DNA of 64,000 nucleotides from Desulfobacterales bacterium (lineage in GTDB: Bacteria; Desulfobacterota; Desulfobacteria; Desulfobacterales; SpSt-501): assembly GCA_025454255.1 (NCBI GenBank), contig JALOOU010000005.1, positions 3,045 through 67,044 of the forward strand. Direction: 5' to 3'. The position numbers and the translations under genes are program-made. Within the stretch, counting starts at the first letter, position 1; each line of letters starts with the position of its first letter. Below are positions 38,478 through 47,142 of the stretch, piece by piece. The notes beneath the pieces are model-generated. The model ran no database searches, was not told where the DNA came from, and saw nothing but the letters and a program-made list of their open reading frames with translations.

Positions 38478-41400
38478 ATGAAGCTTTTCGCCAAGTCTGA
38501 CGCCTGCCGCCTGCTGGCCGACCCGCAGGGCCCGGCCGCCAAGCGCTATCTTCACTACGCCGCATTTCTCGACCACAACCACCGGGCGCTGCGCCTGCTC
38601 GCCGAGCTCGAGCTTCTGGACCGGGGCGCCGGGTTCGCGACGCTCGCCTCGATCCGGCGCCGGGCCGGGGAGCTTCTGGAGGAGGTGCGCGGCCTGGTGG
38701 CGGCGCTGAGCGGCCTGGCCGGGACGCGCTACCAGGAGCTGCTGCCGACCTTCCAAAAAGTGGCGGAGGAGCTTGCCCCGTGGATCGATCGGCGGCGCGC
38801 AGCCATCGCGGGGCCGCTCACCCTGCCGTTTGCAGCGTTGGCAGGTCGGCACATCCCTTTGGCCGGGGCCAAGGCGGTCAACCTGGCGCGGATCAAAAAC
38901 GAACTCGGCCTCGCGGCGCCGGAGGGGTTCTCCGTGACGACGGCGGCCTTCGACCTGTTTTTGCGCGATAATCGGCTGCGCGAGCCCATCGATGCCATGC
39001 TGGCCGCATTCGATCCGGAGGCCGAAGAGAGCGATGCGGCCTGCCGCCGCCTCCGGGAAAGCATCTGCGCGGCCCCGCTGCCGCGGGCGCTGGCTGCCGC
39101 CATCGACCGGGAGGTCCAGGTGCTTGCCGCCCGCCTCGGGAACCCGCCGCTGCTGGCCGTGCGCAGCAGCGCCGTGGGCGAGGACGGCGCGGCCTCTTTC
39201 GCCGGCCAGTATGCCAGCGTGCTGCCGGTGGAGGCGGAAAAGATCGCCGCCGCCTACAAAACGGTGCTGGCCAGCAAATACACCCCGCGCGCCATCACCT
39301 ACCGGCTGCGCTACGGGCTGACCGACGACGCCACTCCCATGGCCGTGGCCGTGGTGGCCATGATCCGGCCGCGGGCAAGCGGCGTGCTCTACACCGTGGA
39401 CCCGTCTCTGCCCAACGCCGGTCTCGCCCGCATCGACGCCGCTGTCGGGGCGGGGGAGCAGGTGGTGGGCGGCTCGGCCTCGCCGGATGTGTTCCGGGTC
39501 GACCGCAGCTCGCTTAAAATCACCCAGCGCCGCGTTCAGCCCAAACCGGGCGAGCCCGACCTGCAGCAGCCGACCCCGGCCGTTGCCGAGGAGACCGCGA
39601 TCGCGCTGGCCAAGTCCGGCGTGCAGATGGAGGCGCATTTCGGCGCGCCCCAGGACATCGAATGGGCCGAGGACGAACGGGGCGGGCTGTTTTTTCTGCA
39701 GGCCCGGCCCCTGGGCCTGGCCGGCAGCGCCGAAGCGCCGCCGGCGCCCGAGGTTTCCGGCCTCAAGCTGCTGCTCGCGGCCGGGCAGACGGCCTCCCCC
39801 GGCCGGGTGTCGGGAAGGGCGGTGCTGGCGACCCCTGACGTGAAACCGGCAGCCGCCGCTGGCGCCATCCTGATTGCGCGCACGGCCGCCCCGGAGCTGG
39901 CGCCGCTCGTGGGCCGGGCGCGCGGTCTCATCACCGACCTGGGAGGAGCCGCCAGCCACCTGGCCTCGGTCGCCCGAGAGTTCAACGTGCCGGCCCTCAT
40001 GGACACCCGGGTGGCCACCGCCTCGATCGCAGCGGGCCGGGAGATCACTCTCCTGGCGGATGAATGCAAGGTCTTCGAGGGGCTGGTGCCCGAACTGGCG
40101 CGCAAGCCCCCGGCCCGAAGCGCAGACGACGAGCGCGGCCCGATCGGCAGCCACCTGCGCGAGCTGCTAAGCCGCATATCCCCTTTGAACCTGACCGATC
40201 CCGCCTCCGCCGAGTTCTCCCCGCGCGGGTGCCGCAGCCTGCACGATGTGATCCGCTTCGCCCATGAAAAAGCCATGGCGGAGATGTTCAACCTCTCCGA
40301 ATTGGCCGACGCCTCCGTCGTCTCCCGTAAAATGAGCGCCAACATCCCCTTGTCGATCTACTTCATCGACCTGGGCGGGGGGCTCGCTCCGGAGCTGACC
40401 TCCTGCGACGAGATTCTGCCCGCGCACATCCGCTCCAAGCCGATGGCGGCCCTGTGGCGCGGGCTGACCCACCCGGGGATCAGCTGGTCCGGGGCCGTGG
40501 ACATCAGTGCGCGCAACTTCATGGCCCTCATGGCCGGCAGCATCGGGCCCGAAAATGCCGCGCCGCCGCAGGTCGACTCCTATGCCTTGGTGTCGGCCGA
40601 CTACCTGAACCTGAGCGTCAAATTCGGCTATCACTATTCCAACCTGGATGCGCTCTGCTCGGCGGATGCGAACGCCAACACCCTCACGCTCCAGTTTTCG
40701 GGGGGCGCCGGCACCGGCGCGGGCAAGGCCCTGCGCATCGAATTCCTCTCCCAGGTGCTGAACCGGCTGGGATACCAGGTGGCGGTGCGCGGCGATATGC
40801 TGCAAGCGGCATTGAAAGGATTGGACCGCCCCTCCATGGAGGAAATACTGGACCAGACCGGGCGCCTGCTCGGCTGCAGCCGGCTGCTCGATCTCGCCAT
40901 CCCCAGCCAGACCGAAGTGGCGGCCTTGACCGAGCTGTTTTTCAATGAGGACTACGACTTTCTGGGCCGATCCGAGAAGCGGCTGCCGGGATATCATGCT
41001 GCGGTGGGGGAGTGGTCGCAGGGCGAACTCGACGGGCAGGCGGTCATCGTTCAGAACGGCGCAGGCATGACGAGCACGATCGCCTGCAGCCTGCACCATG
41101 CCCTGGACAAGGTGCTGGGAGGCCGGTACCAGAAATTTTTAGAAAACCGGCACGCCCGGCATTACTACCCCGTGGCCGTGAAACGCGACAGCCGCCGGAG
41201 CGGCGGCCGCAGCCGGGTCGATCTTCGGATCGGGGCCGGCTGCGTGGATCTCGCGGCCGGGCTCGCTTTCGGCCTTGCGAACGTCGGCAACTGCCTGGTG
41301 CTCGCCGCCGATGCCAGCGCCGGCGAGCTCCAGCTATTGGAGTTCATCAACAACACCCGCCATTTCCGCGCACGCAAAGCGGCGGAAATCCCCATGGACC

Positions 41401-41570
41401 GCTGGCTGAAGCTCGAGGTGCGTGTGGCCGGAAAAAAAATTACGGGCACCCTGGACGGCCGGGCCGCGCTGGAATTCACCGCCGCGAAGCCGGTCGAGGG
41501 CCATGTGGGGCTCTGGTGCAAGGGTGACACGACGGCCTACTTCAGGGACCTTGAGGCGAGTGCGCCATGA
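38478..41570 (+). CDS. PEP-synthase-like phosphotransferase: PPDK_N ATP-grasp + phosphohistidine swivel domain + non-TIM-barrel C-terminal region ending in a LamG/DUF1080-like module
   Basis: 1030 aa. ATP-grasp motifs are AGAKAVNLARIKNELGLAAPEGFSVTT, LAVRSSAVGEDGAASFAGQY, RASGVLYTVDP and PQDIEWAEDERGGLFFLQARP. The swivel is GLITDLGGAASHLASVAREFNVPAL (His494, nt 39957-39959). I could not find the NDLTQ or catalytic-Cys signatures of the PEP/pyruvate TIM barrel downstream. The last ~120 aa (DRWLKLEVRVAGKKITGTLDGRAALEF...EGHVGLWCKGDTTAYFRDLE) resemble a jelly-roll DUF1080/LamG module. Confidence 0.75.
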   Translation: MKLFAKSDACRLLADPQGPAAKRYLHYAAFLDHNHRALRLLAELELLDRGAGFATLASIRRRAGELLEEVRGLVAALSGLAGTRYQELLPTFQKVAEELAPWIDRRRAAIAGPLTLPFAALAGRHIPLAGAKAVNLARIKNELGLAAPEGFSVTTAAFDLFLRDNRLREPIDAMLAAFDPEAEESDAACRRLRESICAAPLPRALAAAIDREVQVLAARLGNPPLLAVRSSAVGEDGAASFAGQYASVLPVEAEKIAAAYKTVLASKYTPRAITYRLRYGLTDDATPMAVAVVAMIRPRASGVLYTVDPSLPNAGLARIDAAVGAGEQVVGGSASPDVFRVDRSSLKITQRRVQPKPGEPDLQQPTPAVAEETAIALAKSGVQMEAHFGAPQDIEWAEDERGGLFFLQARPLGLAGSAEAPPAPEVSGLKLLLAAGQTASPGRVSGRAVLATPDVKPAAAAGAILIARTAAPELAPLVGRARGLITDLGGAASHLASVAREFNVPALMDTRVATASIAAGREITLLADECKVFEGLVPELARKPPARSADDERGPIGSHLRELLSRISPLNLTDPASAEFSPRGCRSLHDVIRFAHEKAMAEMFNLSELADASVVSRKMSANIPLSIYFIDLGGGLAPELTSCDEILPAHIRSKPMAALWRGLTHPGISWSGAVDISARNFMALMAGSIGPENAAPPQVDSYALVSADYLNLSVKFGYHYSNLDALCSADANANTLTLQFSGGAGTGAGKALRIEFLSQVLNRLGYQVAVRGDMLQAALKGLDRPSMEEILDQTGRLLGCSRLLDLAIPSQTEVAALTELFFNEDYDFLGRSEKRLPGYHAAVGEWSQGELDGQAVIVQNGAGMTSTIACSLHHALDKVLGGRYQKFLENRHARHYYPVAVKRDSRRSGGRSRVDLRIGAGCVDLAAGLAFGLANVGNCLVLAADASAGELQLLEFINNTRHFRARKAAEIPMDRWLKLEVRVAGKKITGTLDGRAALEFTAAKPVEGHVGLWCKGDTTAYFRDLEASAP

Positions 41571-43396
41571 CGGCGGACCAAATCAAAATCAGCGTCATTC
41601 TGATCGCGATGATAGCGCTCTTCATCTGGGACCGCTGGCGGCACGACTTCGTTTCGATGGCAGCGCTGCTCGCCTGCGTGTTCACCGGGCTGGTGCCGGC
41701 GACTGACGCCTTCGCCGGCTTCGGCCATCCCGCCGTCATCACCGTCGCGGGGGTGCTGATCCTGAGCGGGGTGCTGGAGTCCTCCGGCGCCGCCGACATC
41801 CTGGTGCGCGCCGTCATGCCGCGCGCGGCCGGACCCACCCTCACCATCGCCGTTCTGGTCGGTCTTGCGGCGCTCATGTCGGCCTTCATGAACAACGTCG
41901 GCGCGCTCGCGCTGCTGATACCGGTTGCCATCCAGATCGCCGCCCGCCAGGGCATTCCGCCCGGCCGCCTGCTCATGCCGCTGGCATTCGGTTCGATCCT
42001 CGGGGGGATGACCACCCTGATCGGCACCCCGCCCAACCTGATCGTATCGGGGTTTCGGGCCGAAAACGGCGCCGGGACCTTCGCCATGTTCGACTTCACT
42101 CCGGTGGGGCTTGCGGTGGCCGGGGCCGGGGTCGTGTTTATCGCCCTCTTCGGCTGGCGGCTGGTCCCGGAGCGTAAAAAGGCGGGCATCCAGGGGTTTG
42201 AGATCGGGGCCTATCTCACCGAGGCGCGCGTGCCTGAAAAGTCCAAGGCCGTCGGCATGACGCTCTATGAGATCGAAAAGGCGCTGGACGAAGCCGACGC
42301 CCAGGTCGTCGGCCTGGTGCGCCACGATGTCCGCATCCCGGCCCCCGACCCGCGGCGCCGCATCCATACGGGAGACATCCTGGTGATCGAGGCCGACCCG
42401 CCGGCGCTGCGGGAGTCGCTCTCGCTGCTCGGGCTGAAGTTGGAGGAGGACAAGCCGGCCGAGGCGCCGGAATGCGCAGGGGTTCTGAGCAAGGCGGAGG
42501 CCGCCCGCTGCGCCGAACTGGAAAAAGCCGTGCAATCCGAGGACGTGGGCCTGGCGGAGATGGTCCTGTTTTCGGATTCGAGCCTCGTGGGCCGCACGGT
42601 CACCGACATTCAACTGCGCACGCTGCACCACATCAACCTGCTGGCGGTCTCGCGCCAGGGGCGCCGAACCACGGCGCGTCTGCGCTCCCTGGTGCTCGCG
42701 GCCGGGGACGTGCTGCTCCTGCAGGGCGCACGCGATGCACTGAGCGACTTTGCCATCCGTTTTGGATGCGCGCCGCTGGCGGAGCGGCCGCTGCAGCTGC
42801 CGCGCAAGCGCGAAGCCCTTCTTGCCGGGGCCGTCATGGCGCTGGGCGTGGGTGCGGCGGCGTTCGGCCTGGTGCCGGCGGCGATCTCCTTCCTGCTCGC
42901 CGCGCTGGCCTCCGTGCTGCTGAAGCTCATGCCCCCGCGCAGGTTCTACCACGCAGTGGACTGGCCCGTGGTCGTGCTGCTCGCAACGCTGATCCCGGTC
43001 GCCCAGGCGGTGGCCGGCACCGGCACCGCAGCCATGATCGGCCGAACGCTGGTGGAGGCCGTGGCGCAAGGCCATGCGGTGCTCGCGCTCATCTTGATTC
43101 TGCTTGCCACGATGACGCTCACCAGCTTCATGAGCAACGCCGCCACCGCCGCGGTCATGTGCCCGGTGGCCATCAGCACCGCCAACAACCTGGCGGCCAG
43201 CGCCGACCCCTTCCTGATGGCCGTGGCGGTGGCCTCTTCCTGCGCCTTCCTCACGCCCATCAGCCACCAGAACAACACGCTGATCCTGGGGCCCGGCGGC
43301 TTCCGCTTCGGCGACTACTGGCAGCTGGGGCTGCCGCTCGAGCTCATCGTCATCGCGGTCGGCGTGCCGATGATCCTGCTGGTCTGGCCGCTGTGA
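41567..43396 (+). CDS. SLC13/DASS-family anion permease with two central TrkA-C (RCK-C) domains
   Basis: 609 aa with an ATGA overlap onto the previous gene. It has hydrophobic N- and C-terminal halves with SxMNNVGA / SFMSNAATAAVM (SNT-type hairpin motifs). The two cytoplasmic segments are IEADPPALRE and GDVLLLQG, which are TrkA-C-like. Confidence 0.85.
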   Translation: MTADQIKISVILIAMIALFIWDRWRHDFVSMAALLACVFTGLVPATDAFAGFGHPAVITVAGVLILSGVLESSGAADILVRAVMPRAAGPTLTIAVLVGLAALMSAFMNNVGALALLIPVAIQIAARQGIPPGRLLMPLAFGSILGGMTTLIGTPPNLIVSGFRAENGAGTFAMFDFTPVGLAVAGAGVVFIALFGWRLVPERKKAGIQGFEIGAYLTEARVPEKSKAVGMTLYEIEKALDEADAQVVGLVRHDVRIPAPDPRRRIHTGDILVIEADPPALRESLSLLGLKLEEDKPAEAPECAGVLSKAEAARCAELEKAVQSEDVGLAEMVLFSDSSLVGRTVTDIQLRTLHHINLLAVSRQGRRTTARLRSLVLAAGDVLLLQGARDALSDFAIRFGCAPLAERPLQLPRKREALLAGAVMALGVGAAAFGLVPAAISFLLAALASVLLKLMPPRRFYHAVDWPVVVLLATLIPVAQAVAGTGTAAMIGRTLVEAVAQGHAVLALILILLATMTLTSFMSNAATAAVMCPVAISTANNLAASADPFLMAVAVASSCAFLTPISHQNNTLILGPGGFRFGDYWQLGLPLELIVIAVGVPMILLVWPL

Positions 43397-43583
43397 GCCC
43401 TGAGGCCCGCAGATGGCCCGCCTCGAGCTGGCCGGGCCGCCCTCGCCGGCCGCCGAAAATGGCGCAGCGGGCCGGAAAAAGCTACATTTTTGTCATATTG
43501 GCCGTGGCCTCAGCCTTCAGGCTGCACGCGGGGCGTGCCCGTTTTTCATTCCGAACCGTATGGTTAGCCCGATGCAGCGGCAA

Positions 43584-43599
43584 TGGTATAATACTTGCT
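43584..43599 (+). promoter_or_regulatory. Candidate promoter upstream of the ATP-grasp operon, readable either as sigma-54 (-24/-12) or as extended -10 sigma-70
   Basis: The sequence is TGGTATAATACTTGCT. It has GG and TTGC with the exact TGGCAC-N5-TTGC spacing. It also contains TGGTATAAT, which equals TGnTATAAT with a perfect -10 hexamer (43587-43592). It lies about 185 nt upstream of the ATG at 43781. Confidence 0.35.
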
Positions 43600-43780
43600 C
43601 TGTTGGTCGTCGCGCAATATTAAAGGCACTTAGTCGCCGCTGGTGTTCCACTGGGGGGGAGCTGCAGGACCGTCTATGAGCTGACAGTTATGAGACCTTC
43701 ATCAGAAGGGGCAGCGCTTTTGGTGCCGGCCCCCGACACCCATCGGCTTCGAAACCTTCCCGAACCCGGAGTGGCGGAAG

Positions 43781-45268
43781 ATGGACTTTTCAAACTACCA
43801 GGTTGAAGGCTTTTACGACGAACTTTTCCTGCCGACGGGCACCCCCCGCCTTGGGGCAAGAACGCTCATCCAGCGGCTGGAGTCCTTCGAGGCGGAGCGG
43901 ATTCTCGCCATGCAGCAGGCAGCTGAAACCGCCCTGCTCCAGATGGGGATCACCTTCAACGTCTACGGAAACGAGAGCGGCGCCGAGCGCATTTTCCCCT
44001 TCGACATCATACCGCGGATCATTCCGGCAGCCGAGTGGGCGGTCATCGAGCGCGGGCTCAAACAGCGCATCCACGCCCTGAACCTCTTCATCCAGGACAT
44101 ATACAACGAGCGCCGCATCATCCGCGACCGCGTGGTTGCCGAGGAGCTGATCGCCTCCTGCCGCGCCTACCGCAAAGAGCTGGCCGGGTTCACCCCCCCG
44201 GGGGGCATCTGGTGCCACATCACCGGCACCGACCTGATCCGGGACGCGGACGGCCGCTTTTTCGTGCTGGAGGACAACCTGCGCTGCCCCTCGGGGGTCT
44301 CCTACGTGCTGGAAAACCGCCAGGTGCTGAAGCGGACCTTCCCCAAGGTGTTCAACGACATGCCGATCCGGCCGGTGGAGGACTACCCGAACCGGCTGCT
44401 GGAGATGCTCGAGGCCATCGCGCCGCCGGACGCCGGGCGGCCCGTGGCGGCCGTCCTCACCCCCGGCGTCTTCAACTCGGCCTATTTCGAGCACTCGTTC
44501 CTGGCGCGCCAGATGGGCATCGAACTGGTGGAGGGCCGGGACCTCGTCGTTCAAGACGGCCGGCTTTACATGTGCACCACCAAGGGGCTCAAGCGCGTCG
44601 ATGTCCTCTATCGGCGCATCGACGATGATTTCCTGGATCCCACGGTCTTTCGCCCCGATTCGCTGCTCGGGGTGGCCGGGATCATGGAGGCCTACCGCAC
44701 GGGGGGCGTCTCCCTTGCCAATGCCCCGGGCACCGGGGTTGCCGACGACAAGGTCATCTACGCCTTCGTGCCCGAGATCATCCGCTACTACCTGCAGGAG
44801 GACCCGATCCTGCCGAACGTGCCCACCTACATCTGCTCGGACGACCGCCAACGGAGCTACGTTCTCGACCATCTCGACTCGCTGGTCGTCAAGAGCGCCA
44901 ACGAATCCGGCGGCTACGGCATGCTGATCGGCCCCCACGCCACGGCCGCCGAGCGCAGCAGCTTTGCCGAAAAAATCAAGGCCCGGCCCCGCGACTACAT
45001 GGCCCAGCCCACGATCCAGCTCTCGCGCGTGCCGACCATTGTCGGGGAGCGCTTCGAGGGCCGGCATGTCGATCTGCGGCCGTATGTCATCTGCGGCCGG
45101 GAGATCTACGTGATGCCCGGCGGCCTGACCCGCGTCGCCCTGCGCAAAGGCTCCCTGGTGGTCAACTCCTCCCAGGGCGGGGGCAGCAAGGACACCTGGG
45201 TGCTCGAAACCGACGATCCGTCAGGCTGGGAATCGCCCGGGACGGGCGAAATGGAGGAGGCATGCTGA
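43781..45268 (+). CDS. Circularly permuted ATP-grasp type 2 protein (DUF404/DUF407 family)
   Basis: 495 aa. The family-typical stretches are [54 protein letters not shown] and [17 protein letters not shown]. Confidence 0.85.
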   Translation: MDFSNYQVEGFYDELFLPTGTPRLGARTLIQRLESFEAERILAMQQAAETALLQMGITFNVYGNESGAERIFPFDIIPRIIPAAEWAVIERGLKQRIHALNLFIQDIYNERRIIRDRVVAEELIASCRAYRKELAGFTPPGGIWCHITGTDLIRDADGRFFVLEDNLRCPSGVSYVLENRQVLKRTFPKVFNDMPIRPVEDYPNRLLEMLEAIAPPDAGRPVAAVLTPGVFNSAYFEHSFLARQMGIELVEGRDLVVQDGRLYMCTTKGLKRVDVLYRRIDDDFLDPTVFRPDSLLGVAGIMEAYRTGGVSLANAPGTGVADDKVIYAFVPEIIRYYLQEDPILPNVPTYICSDDRQRSYVLDHLDSLVVKSANESGGYGMLIGPHATAAERSSFAEKIKARPRDYMAQPTIQLSRVPTIVGERFEGRHVDLRPYVICGREIYVMPGGLTRVALRKGSLVVNSSQGGGSKDTWVLETDDPSGWESPGTGEMEEAC

Positions 45269-46254
45269 GCCGAGTCGCCGATGCGATCTACTGGATGTGC
45301 CGGTACATCGAGCGGGCCGAAAACGTGGCCCGGTTCATCGACGTCAATCTGCACCTGAACCTCGACTTGCAGGAACCGGCCGGGCGGCAGCAGTGGGCGC
45401 CCCTGGTCACCATCACCGGCGATCAGGCCGTTTTCCGCGAACGCTACGGCGAGGCCTCCGCGGAGAACGTCATCCGCTTCCTGACCTTCGACCGGGGCTA
45501 CCCCAACTCGATCCTCGCGTGCCTGCTGTCCGCCCGTGAGAATGCGCGCATGGTCCGGGAGATCATCTCCTCGGAAATGTGGGAGCAGCTCAACCGCTCC
45601 TTCCTGATGGTGACCGCCGCGGCGCAGCACACGGAGCCGGCCGCCTTGTCGCACGAGTTTTTCGAACGGGTCAAAATGGCGAGCCACCTGTTTACCGGCC
45701 TCACGGAGGCCACCATGTCCCACGGCGAGCCTTGGCACTTCGCCCAGCTGGGCCGGCTCTTGGAGCGGGCCGACAAGACCTCCCGCATCCTCGATGTCAA
45801 ATACTTCATCCTGCTGCCCAAGATCGAGTACGTGGGGACCCCCTACGACAACATCCAGTGGGCCGCCGTTCTCAAGTCGGTCAGCGCCCTGGAGATGTAC
45901 CGCAAGCAGTACCGCCGCATCCACCCGGAGCAGGTGGCCGACTTTTTGCTGTTCGACCGCAGTTTTCCGCGAGCGGTGCGCTACTGCCTGAGCCGGGCCC
46001 AGGCCTGCCTGTGCGCGATCAGCGGTTCGCAGCCCGACGTGTTCTGCAACGAAGCCGAACGCCGGCTGGGGCGTCTGCGCTCCGAGTTGGACTATGCCGA
46101 CATCCAGGAGGTTTTCAGAATCGGCATGCACGAATACATCGACCGGCTGCAGACGCGGCTGAACGAGGTGGGGGCGGCGATCGCCGGCGCCTTCTTCGTC
46201 GCCTGCGAGCCGAGGCATCGCCCCGCTCCGGCAGGCCGGTCCCCCCTTCAGTGA
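45262..46254 (+). CDS. Alpha-E domain protein (DUF403)
   Basis: 330 aa with the N-terminus [29 protein letters not shown], the hallmark of the family. It overlaps the ATP-grasp gene by 7 nt. Confidence 0.85.
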   Translation: MLSRVADAIYWMCRYIERAENVARFIDVNLHLNLDLQEPAGRQQWAPLVTITGDQAVFRERYGEASAENVIRFLTFDRGYPNSILACLLSARENARMVREIISSEMWEQLNRSFLMVTAAAQHTEPAALSHEFFERVKMASHLFTGLTEATMSHGEPWHFAQLGRLLERADKTSRILDVKYFILLPKIEYVGTPYDNIQWAAVLKSVSALEMYRKQYRRIHPEQVADFLLFDRSFPRAVRYCLSRAQACLCAISGSQPDVFCNEAERRLGRLRSELDYADIQEVFRIGMHEYIDRLQTRLNEVGAAIAGAFFVACEPRHRPAPAGRSPLQ

Positions 46255-46260
46255 GGCCGG

Positions 46261-47142
46261 TCAGGGCTCCGGCTCGACGTCGACGCCGACCGTCATTTCA
46301 TGCTTCCCGCTGCTCACCAGAACGCCCTTCAAGGGCGCGATGTCGCCGTAATCCCGACCCCACGCCAGCACGATGTGCCGCTCGCCGGGCATCTGGCCGT
46401 TGGTCGGGTCGAAATCGCACCAGCCGGCCCCCGGCAGCCAGGTCGCAAACCAGGCGTGCGATGCATCGGCGCCCCGCAGCCGCTCCCGCCCGGGCGGCGG
46501 GACCGTCTCGATGTAGCCGCTCATGTAGCGCGCGGCCAGCCCGAGCGAGCGCAGGCAGGCGATGGCCAGGTGCGCAAAGTCCTGGCAAACCCCTTTGCGC
46601 ATCCGCAGCAGGTCGCTCAAGGGCGTGGCGAGCGTGGTCGCGGCCGACACGAACTCGAAATCGCCGTAAATGCGCTGCATCAGGCTCTCCGCCGCGTCGA
46701 GCGCGGGCCGTCCCGGCGCAAAGCTCTCGAGCGCATAGTCGCGCACCGCTGCGGATGCAGCCGCCAGCGGCGAATCGAGGACGAACTGCCTGGCCTCCAG
46801 CGTCTCAGCGTCCATCCCGCTGCGCAGCGCGTCGCGCACCGCCTCCCAGTGAAGGGTCCGCGCGGCCTGCGGGACCGGCGGCGGCCCCATCACCGATACC
46901 GAGCTTGCCGCCGTGACCGTCAGTGCTTCATGCGGCTGTTCGATCGTAAAAAACACCACCCGGTTTCCGAAAAAATCGTATCGCTCGCTGTGGTCGGTCG
47001 GCGCCGGATCGATGAGCAGCTGGCAGCGGTGGCACTGCTGACGGCCGGCCAGCTCCCGCGGGAGCAGGCGCGCCTCGTTGTGGCAAAGGCTGACCGGCTC
47101 GTGGTAGAGGTAGTGGGTGCGATGGGTGATGCGGTAGTTCAT
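46261..47142 (-). CDS. Transglutaminase-family protein (Bact_transglu_N + transglutaminase core)
   Basis: 293 aa. The N-terminus is MNYRITHRTHYLYHEPVSLCHNEARLLPR. The Cys-His-Asp triad context is intact (KGVCQDFAH ... ADASHAWFATWLPGAGWCDFDPTNG). It has an ATGA overlap with the upstream gene. Confidence 0.85.
   Translation of the reverse strand: MNYRITHRTHYLYHEPVSLCHNEARLLPRELAGRQQCHRCQLLIDPAPTDHSERYDFFGNRVVFFTIEQPHEALTVTAASSVSVMGPPPVPQAARTLHWEAVRDALRSGMDAETLEARQFVLDSPLAAASAAVRDYALESFAPGRPALDAAESLMQRIYGDFEFVSAATTLATPLSDLLRMRKGVCQDFAHLAIACLRSLGLAARYMSGYIETVPPPGRERLRGADASHAWFATWLPGAGWCDFDPTNGQMPGERHIVLAWGRDYGDIAPLKGVLVSSGKHEMTVGVDVEPEP

Noticed and set aside
37419-40154. 911-aa minus-strand ORF
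   Set aside because: It lies antisense to the 275-aa membrane protein and to the PPDK_N/PEP-utilizer gene, which has unmistakable family motifs. The minus-strand product is Arg/Gly-rich with no recognisable domain.
41537-43267. 576-aa minus-strand ORF
   Set aside because: It lies antisense to the DASS permease. Its composition (runs of G, R, H, D) is non-protein-like.
45579-46916. 445-aa plus-strand ORF, and shadows 43790-45067 (-), 45106-46218 (-), 47311-48633 (-), 47370-48650 (+), 48675-49898 (+)
   Set aside because: They are out-of-frame or antisense to the ATP-grasp, alpha-E and transglutaminase genes, which have hallmark sequences. All are Arg/Pro/Ala-rich.
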